Source: Octopus bimaculoides (lineage: Eukaryota). From it: 32,171 nucleotides of DNA. Position numbers and translations under genes: made by a program. Below the pieces are notes generated by a model. That model did no database searches and had not been told where the DNA came from. It was given only the letters and a program-made list of their open reading frames with translations. The stretch is taken from contig NC_068990.1 in NCBI RefSeq assembly GCF_001194135.2, positions 59,506,180 through 59,538,350 on the forward strand. The letters run 5' to 3'. Each line of letters starts with the position of its first letter. The first letter of the stretch is position 1. Positions 12,090 to 21,483 of this stretch are shown in pieces.

Positions 12090-12092
<3 letters not shown>
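9928..12092 (-). mobile_element. 5'-truncated RTE-clade non-LTR retrotransposon with 3' UTR and (GAT)n tail
   Basis: RT-like ORF remnant 12092 to 10409, about 480-bp 3' UTR with internal repeats, (GAT)n tail at 9928-9951. No endonuclease domain is present (truncated). Confidence 0.95.
10409..12092 (-). pseudogene. Disrupted RT ORF of the RTE element
   Basis: Motifs GKAPGPSG, NYRGIKLL, QFGLVPGKSTTDAIF, AFVDMEKAFD, GVHQGSVLSP, LLYADD (11352-11363), LRWYAHV, GRGRPKETW. At least five in-frame stops and a frameshift near 10705. Confidence 0.93.

Positions 12093-12122
<30 letters not shown>
12093..12122. repeat. (TA)n microsatellite abutting the LINE 5' truncation point
   Basis: Direct inspection. 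Confidence 0.97.
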
Positions 12123-12125
<3 letters not shown>

Positions 12126-12341
12126 TAAAAATAAAAAAATATAAAAAAGTGTTTTATGTGATTGTGTATAGAGGAATATATTATTTAAAAGAATTCCAAC
12201 TCTGTTTTTATGTATTATTTATATTCTTATAAAATTAATGTGGGCTATAGAATATGGAATATATAATATAAACAGTAAAATGAAATTAAGTATTGAATGT
12301 CTTATTGAATATATGAAATATTGAGTATTAAATATATAAGG

Positions 12342-12454
12342 ACTAGTATACTTTCCTGTTTTATAGCAGTCACCAAGGTCCCGTCTAACAGATTTACAGT
12401 ACATCTGTCAGACAGGACCTTGATGACTGCCATGAGGCAGGAAAGTATACTAGT
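12342..12454. repeat. 113-bp near-perfect palindrome (fold-back MITE or hairpin RNA candidate)
   Basis: 52-bp arms 12342-12393 and 12403-12454, 45/52 complementary, outer 17 bp perfect, 9-nt loop. Confidence 0.9.
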
Positions 12455-12482
12455 GTGCCTGTCAATCAAACTCCTCTTACAA

Positions 12483-12532
12483 GGAATTGGTCAGCCTGAG
12501 GCTATAGAAGAAGACACTTGCTTAAGATGCCA
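12483..12532 (-). mobile_element. SINE A head fragment
   Basis: GGTCAGCCTGAGGCTATAGAAGAAGACACTTGCTTAAGATGCCA matches 28482-28520. Confidence 0.65.
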
Positions 12533-13092
12533 GCCGTTTGTAATAACAACAACAACAACAACAACAAAAATACTCTTTATCACTGTTTATTATGTATTGT
12601 TGTACCATCACATATCAATTATCAGCCAAATATGAGAACAACAGAAAATTTATTCTTTAAGAAAGTGGTTCTAAGAATGTCTTTTCTCCTTTGGACAGCA
12701 ACAACTCTGTGAAACTACATTTTTAATCAAATGAAGATTTTCAGCATTGTCTGAACTAATAAAATATCAGAATACACAGCTTTATCTAAAATACAGGAAG
12801 CTTTCTCTCTGAACATCATAACATAAATTCTCCTCATAATACAAAATACATGAACAGTAGAATCTTTATATAATATTGATACTTTCACATATCAATAGTA
12901 ATCTCTTAGATAAGTTTTCCAAAACTAACCAATATTTCATTGTATTATTCTTTCAGATATTATTTGTTCAAACATAAATCTCAGATATGCCATACCTGGA
13001 ACCAAACGACGATAATAAATATATTCTATTGTGTTATCTTCAGCTCTTAGTTAATCTACATAACTTTAAACTGAGCAGTTAGGTACTATGCT

Positions 13093-13093
<1 letters not shown>

Positions 13094-13171
<78 letters not shown>
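13094..13171. repeat. (TTG)19(CTG)7 microsatellite, probable tail of the adjacent SINE D
   Basis: Counted directly. Confidence 0.95.
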
Positions 13172-13174
<3 letters not shown>

Positions 13175-13175
13175 G

Positions 13176-13360
13176 CATCATTTCAGCTCTGATTGATCAG
13201 GCCTATGATAAAAGCTATGCCAGTCATGAGAATCTTGGTCTTCTTGTATATCAGGGATTATATCATCCAATGTCTCCTTCTGAATTTAAGATGTTAGGAT
13301 GGGATTCTGACGAGATTTGGCTGCTATTTCAGCAGGTTAAATGACTACAAAGAGGCTTCC
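13176..13360 (-). mobile_element. SINE-like family D
   Basis: Shares GATTTGGCTGCTATTTC(T)AGCAGGT core and layout with 24279-24495; (CAA)n tail on the minus strand. Confidence 0.65.
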
Positions 13361-13470
13361 TTATACCATTGAGTAGACATATTCCCTAACTGTCTTAAAT
13401 GTTCCTCCTATTTTCTTATCCCCTCCATAAATTTGCGTTATTTTTATTGTGGCCTTCCTGTTTATCTGTC

Positions 13471-13656
13471 ACCTTTTACTTGTTTCAGTCTCTGGACTGA
13501 GGCCATGATGGAACACCTGCTTGAAGGGTTTAGTCAAACATATCAATTGCAGTGCTTCTTTTTTTAAAAGTTCAATACTTCTTATATTGGTATCTTTTGT
13601 TTAACTGCTAAGATACAGGGATGTAAACAAACCAATACTGGTTGTCAAGCAGTGTG
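13471..13656 (-). mobile_element. SINE A type-1 3' half
   Basis: CTTTTACTTGTTTCAGTC...CTTGAAGGGTTTAGTC...CCAATACTGGTTGTCAAGCAG, homologous to 16965-17145. Confidence 0.8.
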
Positions 13657-13671
13657 TTTGATTGAGGATGG

Positions 13672-14057
13672 TTGTTGTTGTTGGCACTCCGTTGCTTACG
13701 ACGTCGATAGTTCCAGTTGATCCAATCAACGGAACAGCCTGCTCGTGAAATTAACGTGCAAGTGGCTGAGCACTCCACAGATACGTGTACCCTTAATGTA
13801 GTTCTCGGGGATATTCAGCGTGACACAGTGTGACAAGACTGACCCTTTGAATTACAGGCACAACAGAAACAGGAAGTAAAAGTGAGAGAAAGTTGTGGTG
13901 AAAGAGTACAGCAGGGTTCGCCACCATCCCCTGCCGGAGCCTCATGGAGCTTTAGGTGTTTTCACTCAATAAACACTCACAACGCCCAGTCTGGGAATCG
14001 AAACCGCGATCCTGTGACCGCGAGTCCGCTGCCCTAACCACTGGGCCATTGCGCCTC
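13672..14057 (-). mobile_element. Young tRNA-derived SINE with family-B 3' half and a different head; 13-bp TSD
   Basis: TSD TGATTGAGGATGG at 13659-13671 and 14058-14070. Head GGCGCAATGGCCCAGTGGTTAGGGCAGCGGACTCGCGGTC...GGTTTCGATTCCC has A and B boxes; (CAA)n tail. Confidence 0.92.
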
Positions 14058-14306
14058 TGATTGAGGATGGATACTCTCCAGAAACCAGTTTTGTGTGGTT
14101 ATCCACACACAGAGTTTTTTTAACCTAGAGGATGTAAACTTCTACTTTCTCTCATTAATTCCTCTCCTTTCAACTTTTCTCTGAAACTCTGGCATTCCCA
14201 CTCTTCATAGCAAGTTTACCGAACTCTGTTTTATCAGTTTTACTAAATGATACAAATCTTGCCAGCTCAGACCAGCATCAGCCATTTCGGAGTCTGTTTG
14301 ATAATA

Positions 14307-14650
14307 TCATCCTCATCCTCGTCATCATTTAACGTCTGTTTTTCCATGCTAGCATGGGTTGGACAGTTTGACAGGAGCTGGCAAGCCGGAGGGCTGCACT
14401 AGGTTCCAGTTGTTTGTTTTGGTATGGTTTCTATGGCTGGATGCTCTTTCTAATGCTGACCACTTTACAGATTGTACTGGGAGCTTTTTACATGGCACCA
14501 GTATTAGTGCTATTACATGGCACCAGCAGGAATGCTTCATACATGGCACTAGCATCAGTGCTTTTTACATAGTGCCCGCACAGGTGCCATGCGTTTTGAT
14601 GTGGCACTAGCATAGGTGCTTTTTACATGGTACTAGCATGAGTGCTTTTT
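14307..14650 (-). mobile_element. Short RTE-3'-UTR-related element with an internal ~25-bp minisatellite
   Basis: 14307-14485 is homologous to LINE tail 9928-10110, including CCATGCTAGCATGG. 14485-14645 has six TTTTACATGGCAC-type units. Confidence 0.85.
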
Positions 14651-14670
14651 TCAGTCCCATGGTATTGATA

Positions 14671-14778
14671 AGCCTGGAGCTATAGTTGGAGACACTTTTT
14701 CAAGGTGCCACACAATGGGACTGAACTCAAAACCATGTGGTTACAAAGCAGGCTTCTTAACTCCACAGCCATGCCTGC
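14671..14778 (-). mobile_element. SINE A head
   Basis: GCTATAGTTGGAGACAC...GGGACTGAAC...CCACAGCCATGCCTGC. Confidence 0.8.
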
Positions 14779-15084
14779 TGATTAGTTTTAGAAAACTTTC
14801 AGGAAGGCATCCAATCTAAAATAGAATATATGTTAATTGTTACTGCTGTTTGGTTTTCGGCTTCTCAGGTTAGTCATCTAAATATACATATAAACAGTAA
14901 TGAGTGAATATGGCATGGCTACATTGCATAGTGACATGTAGCAGACTTTCTCTGATTGGTCTTGGCACTTATGTAATCACAAGCAGACATAAATGTCCTA
15001 ATGGTATCCTCACCAATGACCTAGTTGAATATCCAGGACATGACAACTGCAAGTAAAGAGGGCCATATCAGCACCCTGGCTGAC

Positions 15085-15221
15085 ACCCATTTGTTGCTGA
15101 GCAGATTACAGCAATGTGAAATGAAGTATCTTGTTCAAGGACACAACTAGCTGCCCAGTCCAGTAAGTGAAACCACAACTTTATAACCATGAGCTGGGCA
15201 TCCAAATCACTAGGCCAAGTG
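15085..15221 (-). mobile_element. Degraded SINE B-like head/core fragment
   Basis: GCAATGTGAAATGAAGTATCTTGTTCAAGGACACAAC resembles 26408-26440. Confidence 0.55.
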
Positions 15222-15260
15222 TGACAAATATCTCTACCTATCTACACACATATATACATA

Positions 15261-15470
15261 AAAAGCACCTGTGCTGGTGCCATGTAAAAAGCACCCAACA
15301 CATTCTGTAAGGTGATTGGCTATAGGAAGGGCATCCAACCATAGAAACCATGGCAAAACAGACAACTGGAGTCTGATGCAGCCCTCTGGTTTGCCAGCTC
15401 CTGTCAAACTGTCCAACCTATGCCAGCATGGAAGATGGACATTAATGATGATGATGATGATGATGATGAT
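15261..15470 (+). mobile_element. Short RTE-3'-UTR-related element with (GAT)n tail
   Basis: Inverted homolog of 14307-14510; GGAAGGGCATCCAACC...CCAGCATGGAAGATGGACATTAA(TGA)n. Confidence 0.87.
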
Positions 15471-15880
15471 ACATACATACATTCATACATACATATATAC
15501 ATACATCATGTTCACCCATTGGAATGATGAGGACTTACTAGTCACCCTTAAGGATAACTGATTACTCGAGTAGTGACTTAGTTTAAAGTGGAGATGGTCA
15601 ACCTCATTTTCTCATCTGTAACCATCATTAATCCAGTGGCAAGACCAGATCAAGATGACTTGGAAGGAAGACAATTGTAGTGGATGACCAGGATGTCCTA
15701 TTTGTTTCATCTTGCTCTCTGCACTCTGCAGTGCATTGCTGAAGCCACGTTTTTTCTCAGTTGGATCATGAAGATTTCATCCAAAATCTCTGTGAGATCC
15801 AGTCCTCACATGCCTAGATAAGTAAACCTTAATATGCTAATTAACTCATAACTGGAACCTTGACAGGTGTGTGGTGTATG

Positions 15881-16154
15881 CGTGCGAGTAGAAGTAATTG
15901 GCTTACCTCGTTTTCCTTCCTATGCATGAGTCTGTCCTGCACTATCCGATCCTTGTGGCTGGCCCGATCCAAAGAACGCTAGAAATAGCAGCTGCTTCTC
16001 CCAACACCTAGACGATTGCTTGGCACGTCCTCTCGTCAGAACAATCCCGTTCGAAAAGGGCACGAAATCCCGATCGAGGCTCCCTCTGACCCTCCTCCTC
16101 TTCCGGTCAGTTCACGGTTCAGGTCAGCGGTCAGCTCCCCAGTTGCTGACGTCA
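15881..16154 (-). promoter_or_regulatory. CpG-rich segment with CRE and ETS motifs; candidate promoter or first exon
   Basis: 18 CpGs in about 270 bp (hand count); TGACGTCA at 16147-16154; CCGGAAG (minus) at 16100-16106; GAG|GTAAGC donor at 15907/15906 on minus. Confidence 0.35.
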
Positions 16155-16160
16155 TACCAC

Positions 16161-16297
16161 AAGGTGTTGCTACTCTAGATCAGAGTAGATCTGGGAATAA
16201 TAGTGGCTAAGAGATGGTTTCCCTATTCCTTGAAACTCTTGAGCTACCAAACCAGGGCTTCATCACCAGACACAGTTTAAAGTCATACCCAGGGCAC
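16161..16297 (+). repeat. Unclassified interspersed repeat (family E)
   Basis: Aligns to the reverse complement of 20795-20930 (AATAGT..CTAAGAG..AAACTCT..AGGGC..CAGTTT.AAGT.ATACCCA). Confidence 0.6.
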
Positions 16298-16462
16298 ATT
16301 CATGCATACAAGGGAAATAGGATATCTATGGACCATTGATAAGGAACTCGTAAATCCAATACCCAAGATACACTTACACAACTGGATACATACCAACCCA
16401 TATGCTACAAATGATCACAATATCTAGGACTATAAAAATCTGCAAGACCTTCAAATTTAAAG

Positions 16463-16737
16463 CAGTGGTTCCTAAACTTTTTCAGGCTGCCACTCCCTTG
16501 ATACCCAAGCCACATTCCTAATGCTCCCATCCAACTAACCATTACAAATATAGACCTCTATCTGAAGCAAATTCAAAGCAACAGTATTTCACAAGTACAA
16601 CTTAACCTAATGAACCCATTATTTTGTTGTTTTTACAGGAATCACTACCCCATTATCACCCCACTTTTCTTCAATGACCCCTTGGAACTTTCCACCAGCC
16701 TCAGAGGGGACAATACTGCCCACTTTGGGAACCACTG
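16463..16737. mobile_element. hAT (Charlie-like) MITE, 275 bp
   Basis: TIRs CAGTGGTTCCTAAA and TTTGGGAACCACTG; perfect 8-bp TSD ATTTAAAG at 16455-16462 and 16738-16745. Confidence 0.93.
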
Positions 16738-16964
16738 ATTTAAAGGATGATGGTTAAAACAAGATGCTTTCCTTCACAACCTTGCTAAAAAGTAGGTGGC
16801 TAGTCAGAATTTACTCTAAAATTAAAAAGAGAAAGAGGAACATACAAACAAACAAACAAACACACAAAGAAACAAAGAAACATGATATTAGGGTTGGCTC
16901 TGGGGGTTGATGTTATTTGAATAAACTGATTTTCAGTGCCCTGTTTTATCTTTTGTCATTTATT

Positions 16965-17341
16965 TTTTTGCTTGTTTAGTCATTATACTGTGGCCAAGCT
17001 GGGGCACTACCTTGAAGAATTTTAGTCGAATGAATCAACTTCAATAATTTTTTCAGCCTGGTACTTATTCTACCAGTCTCATTTGCCAAACCACTAAGTC
17101 ACAGGAATGTAATCACACCGACACCAGTTGTCAAGCAGAGGTGGGGGGCAAACACAAACACAAAGACAAGACACACAAACATATGATGTGCTTCTTTCAG
17201 TTTCTGTCAACCGAATCCACTCATGAGGCTTTGGCTGGCCAGAGGCTATCGTGGAAGACACTTGCCCAAAGTACCATACAGTGGGACTGAACCTGGAATT
17301 ATGTGGCTGGAAAGCAAACTTCTTACCATACAGCCATGCCC
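16965..17341 (-). mobile_element. SINE A type 1, full length
   Basis: Reverse complement of the 4878-5342 layout. Confidence 0.87.
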
Positions 17342-17421
17342 GTACCTATATATGAGACGTAAGCATAATTTTAAAGAATTTTCACAATGAAGTAAAGTTG
17401 CAAAATATAGAATTAAAGTGT

Positions 17422-17425
<4 letters not shown>

Positions 17426-17467
<42 letters not shown>

Positions 17468-17552
17468 NNNNNNNNNNNNNNNNNNNNNNNNNNNNNNNNN
17501 NNNNNNNNNNNNNNNNNNNNNNNNNNNNNNNNNNNNNNNNNNNNNNNNNNNN

Positions 17553-17592
<40 letters not shown>

Positions 17593-17621
17593 TGTGTGTG
17601 TGTGTGTGTCTCTCTCTCTCT
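17426..17621. repeat. (GA)n - gap - (TA)n(TG)n(TC)n microsatellites
   Basis: Direct inspection. Confidence 0.95.
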
Positions 17622-17624
17622 TTA

Positions 17625-17842
17625 TATCTGTGTTTGTTGCCTTCATCACCCACTTGGCAATCACTATTTGTTTACATCCCCATTACTAAGCAAAAATGAC
17701 TAAGAGAATAAGTCCCAGATTTAAAAATAAATAAGTACTGAGGTCAAATTTTTTAACTTAAAACCTTTCAAGGCAACGCCCCAGCATGGCTGTAGTCCAA
17801 TGACTGAACCAAGTAAACGATAAACGATAATAAAAGATAAAT
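17625..17842 (+). mobile_element. SINE A type-1 3' half
   Basis: GAGAATAAGTCCCAG...AAGTACTGAGGTC...CCCCAGCATGGCTG...TGACTGAACCAAGTAAA(CGATAAA)n. Confidence 0.8.
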
Positions 17843-18149
17843 GCTTTCTTAGAACTTTCTCTATCTGTTTTTCTACAATATTGTTTTCTGTTGACAAACA
17901 ACGTAATACCAAAGAATTTAATCTGTCTCATGTCATGACTGGCCATAACAAATATGTTTTTATAAGCTTTGGTTTACTAAATCTTCTCTTTCTTGTGGCC
18001 ACTGTAATAGATATCATAAGCTTAAATTCTTAATGCAACCTACAAGTTGAGCATGACAGCCTGTAACTTATTACTCTTGATGAATCTAGGAGCTTCTAAC
18101 AGAAGATTTACTTCTCCTGGAAATAATTCTCTTACAATATCCTGTTCAG

Positions 18150-18378
18150 TTAACCATTTAACATTCAGATTACTCTATCAAATGAAATGCTTATTTATTC
18201 ACACTGTTTGGAATTAATCATGAATTATTTCATAGCTTTGAAATTTTGATGATGTATTGTTTGTTTTTAGAATGACATTGTAGGGTATGTATGCGAGACT
18301 AGATCTGACTGGTTTGAACATAAAACAGGTATGATATTTGAGCTGGATATGGCCAGTTTAAAAATGCTAGAGGGTCCA
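18150..18378. mobile_element. piggyBac-like MITE with degenerate TIRs
   Basis: Left TTAACCATTTAACATT; right AATGCTAGAGGGTCCA (reverse complement TGGACCCTCTAGCATT). Fits a decayed TTAA-CCC terminus; right TTAA is not intact. Confidence 0.55.
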
Positions 18379-19815
18379 TTAATATCACTATCTTCTTGGT
18401 CCCTTAATTTTTTCTTCAAAGTTTGAAATGAATTCTCAGTTTATTTAATCTGGTAAGTCATGCATGTTATTTAAAAGCTCTTGTGTCTTATTTAAATTTT
18501 GTAACTGTTGAAATTTCCCAAGTAAAGAGTTAACAGTTGTGTTCAGTATTAGATTGAACACATAAAGTAAAAAAAATTTTTTTCAGGTTTTTTACTTTTA
18601 TTTTATCTACTTGCATCATCAAGTGATGTACCTGTGCATATCATTATTGATGTTACCTGAAGTATTTAAGATATTTTGATAATTAAACACTTTCACCCAA
18701 GTGACCAAGTCAGTATTGACCAAGTTTCAGCTTATGTTTATTTGGAACTATTCCATTTATAACTCTAATGACTAAATCCACAGTCATCTTGAAACAACTT
18801 CTGCAACTTCAGAGGCTAACTTGATGTCCCTTTGCCCACTAGTCCATATGAAGCCCAGATTGTTTTTGGAACTCTTGAGTTACTGGCCTGTGAACTCTTT
18901 ACAACTTATTTCAATGAGTTAGTAACTTACCCATCATCTATTGCTTTGGTATTCCCCAGCTCAGTATACTTTACCCTCCTCATCTTATTAGATCCTCCTC
19001 ATGAACAGTGAAATCAAATAAGATGACCTCTTTGGAAGTTTCTGAGATCAGCACCGTGTATAGCCTTATTGAGGTGTGGAATCAGTTTCTAGAAACGTCA
19101 GGTACTTTTCCAGATCAACTTTCAATTCCTTGTCTTGTGCCATTGGTCACAAGTCAGAGAATGTGATCCTGGTGGTTGATTTTAGCTTTACTCTAGCCTT
19201 GATGAAAGGAGTGATGGTTTTCACTGGGTAGAAGCTCTTAGAACTGCTAATCTGGCAGTAGATAGTATCCGTTAAGGACTTCAGACCTTGGCTATGAAGC
19301 CAGCAGCAGCAATCATTACCCAGGTTTTTGGTAGAGCAGCTAAACTGTACTCCAAGGCCCCTTTGTTCAGACAGAGAGGGCAAGCTATTGATTATGTTTT
19401 CCTCTGAAAGTACAAATTAAATGGGATTAGTGGAATATGATAGATGGCTTGGATTAAGAATTTAATTTTATAGAGCTCAGTTTTCCATGTCAGATACAAG
19501 TAACTTATTGGACTTTCCAGCTGACAGTGATGTCATTGCTGATGTATCTTCTCCTTAAAATTTCTCAGGTAAAGGATATTCAACTGTACTAAGTTCAACT
19601 CACTGTGTGGATGTGACCAGAAGAGATCCAGGACCCCAGTAGCGTTTCTCAAGAAAGTAATAAAGCTGGTCATGCACCAATAAATAACTTTGATTATGAA
19701 AAGTCAAGTAATTTATTCTATTGTCTGATGGAGTGACTAAAGAAAGGGTGAATATATATTATGTAATGATTTTAGTAATTCATTTAATGTTAACATTAAT
19801 TACAGTGAAAATATT

Positions 19816-20018
19816 GGTTTCAAATTTTGGCACAAGACCAGCACTTTCAGGGGAGGATGTAAATCAATTACATCGATCCCATTGATCAACTGGTACTTAT
19901 TTCATCAACTCCAAAAGGATTAAAGGTAAAGTCATCTTTGACAGAAATTGAACTCAGAACATAGAGACAGATGAAATGCCACTAACTGTGTACTAATGAT
20001 TCTGCCAGCTCACTGCCA
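19816..20018 (-). mobile_element. tRNA-derived SINE family C with 19-bp TSD
   Basis: TSD TAATTACAGTGAAAATATT at 19797-19815 and 20019-20037; homologous to 20356-20566 and 25203-25409. Confidence 0.92.
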
Positions 20019-20150
20019 TAATTACAGTGAAAATATTAATGTGTTAACTATGGTACAGAGTGGCTTGGAATTATGGATTTGTAAAAGGACTTGAGGAATT
20101 CACTGTCAACAGTATTTACATTCAAATTCCAATATAATAATTGTTTTTAG

Positions 20151-20746
20151 ATCAATATTCAAGAAGGCTGAGTCACAACACTGAATCTACCCCATTAGTA
20201 AATTGCTACAGCAACCAGTCTTTATTCTGTGGTACTATTCATTGCTAGTTTCTACCCTCTAGTACCATTATCTATTTAGTGCTCATTTGGTTATTTGAGA
20301 GTTTCATCTATTGATCAATGTATATGCTGGAGTACAAAGTGCTGATATCTCTGTTGCAGATGAACTGGTAGAATCGTTAGCATGCTGGGCAAAATGCTTA
20401 GCAGCATTTCATCTGCCTTTATATTTTGAGTTCAAAGTCGATTTTGCTTTTCATCCCTTTGAGGTCAATAAAATAAGTACCAGTCGATCACTGGGGCTGA
20501 TGTAATCAACTTACATCCACCCACCCAAGCTAAAATTGCTGGCCCTGTGCCAAAATTTGAAATCAATACTCAAGAAGATTGAGTCATCACATAATATCTC
20601 CAGCAACTTGTCTTTTACTTTGTAGTACTATTTACTGCTAGTTTCTACCTTCTAGTACCCATCACCTGTTTCATGCTTGTTTGGTTATTTGAGAGTTTCA
20701 TCTATTGATCAATGTACGTGATGGAGCACAAAGTGTTGCACCTGTT
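20151..20746 (+). repeat. Diverged ~190-200-bp direct duplication (20151-20355 and 20562-20746) flanking a SINE C
   Basis: 37-bp identical core at 20286-20322 and 20680-20716, with collinear similarity across both units. Confidence 0.88.
20356..20566 (+). mobile_element. SINE family C
   Basis: GATGAACTGGTAGAATCGTTAGCATGCTGGGCAAAATGCTTAG...AATAAGTACCAG...CTGGGG...GGCCCTGTGCCAAAATTTGAAATCAATA. Confidence 0.88.
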
Positions 20747-20794
20747 ATTCAGCCATCCATGTTATTGTAATAACAGCTATATATAATTTGCGAT

Positions 20795-20930
20795 GGGTAT
20801 AACTTCAAACTGCATCCAGTTGTGGGGCCCTAGTTCAGGAGTTCCAGAGTTTTGAGGAGTGTGGAACCGCCTCTTAGATACTATTGTTTGCAGGTCTATT
20901 CCAACGTGGAATAACACCTGTAGGTGTTAC
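20795..20930 (-). repeat. Unclassified interspersed repeat (family E)
   Basis: Inverted homolog of 16161-16297. Confidence 0.6.
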
Positions 20931-21483
20931 TATTATGAGTTAATTAGCATGTGATAGAAAAAATTCCAAGCACAAACCCTCACTGTCTTGTGAGTGCTTT
21001 GGAAAAGAAAAAGGTTAGTGAAGTCAATCTTGACATCAAATCAAAGAGTGGTGTTCCTCAGGCTGTCCAGTGACTCTTTTGGCAATTTCAGGGTTGGTGG
21101 ACTTTTCCAACCTTGTAAAGCAATTCACTGAGGAGAAGGCCACCCAGTGTAAAAACCTACGGCTTGCTGATCTCTGCAGTTGTCTTAGCCTTCTGCACCA
21201 CTAAAGTCAGACCTTCATGTTTAAAGAGTGGGATCCGAATATGCAAACTAACTCTCAGTTTAAAACTAAGCACAGGCTGAAAAAAAAAATCCCTGCAGCG
21301 TCAAGATCAAGGATCGGTTTACATACCCTCCTGGATGTGTACCACTCTTTCTTATGATCTTCAGACATGAAAAAACTGCCATCATATATGATTACTGTAT
21401 TTAGTACAGTTCTCTGTGGCTTCCATATTTCCAGAACTGAAAATCTATAGCAACACTATTAAATGATTCAAGGGAGTATCTTT

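Noticed and set aside
13094-13171. (CAG)7(CAA)19 on the minus strand as a polyglutamine exon
   Set aside because: Closely bounded by stops, no splice context, and positioned as the tail of SINE D.
13985-14057. Functional tRNA genes at SINE heads
   Set aside because: A and B boxes are present but there is no complete acceptor stem, and each continues into a SINE body.
14075-14305. Possible further RTE C-terminal remnant on the minus strand
   Set aside because: Similarity too weak to call by eye.
18800-19410. Protein-like stretches (e.g. GFHWVEALRTANLAVDSIR*GLQTLAMKP)
   Set aside because: No motif I can assign; may be an old transposon. Needs tBLASTx.
21070-21180. Resemblance to RTE 5' regions (GGAGAAGG...AAACCT)
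   Set aside because: Based on loose recollection only; no ORF follows.
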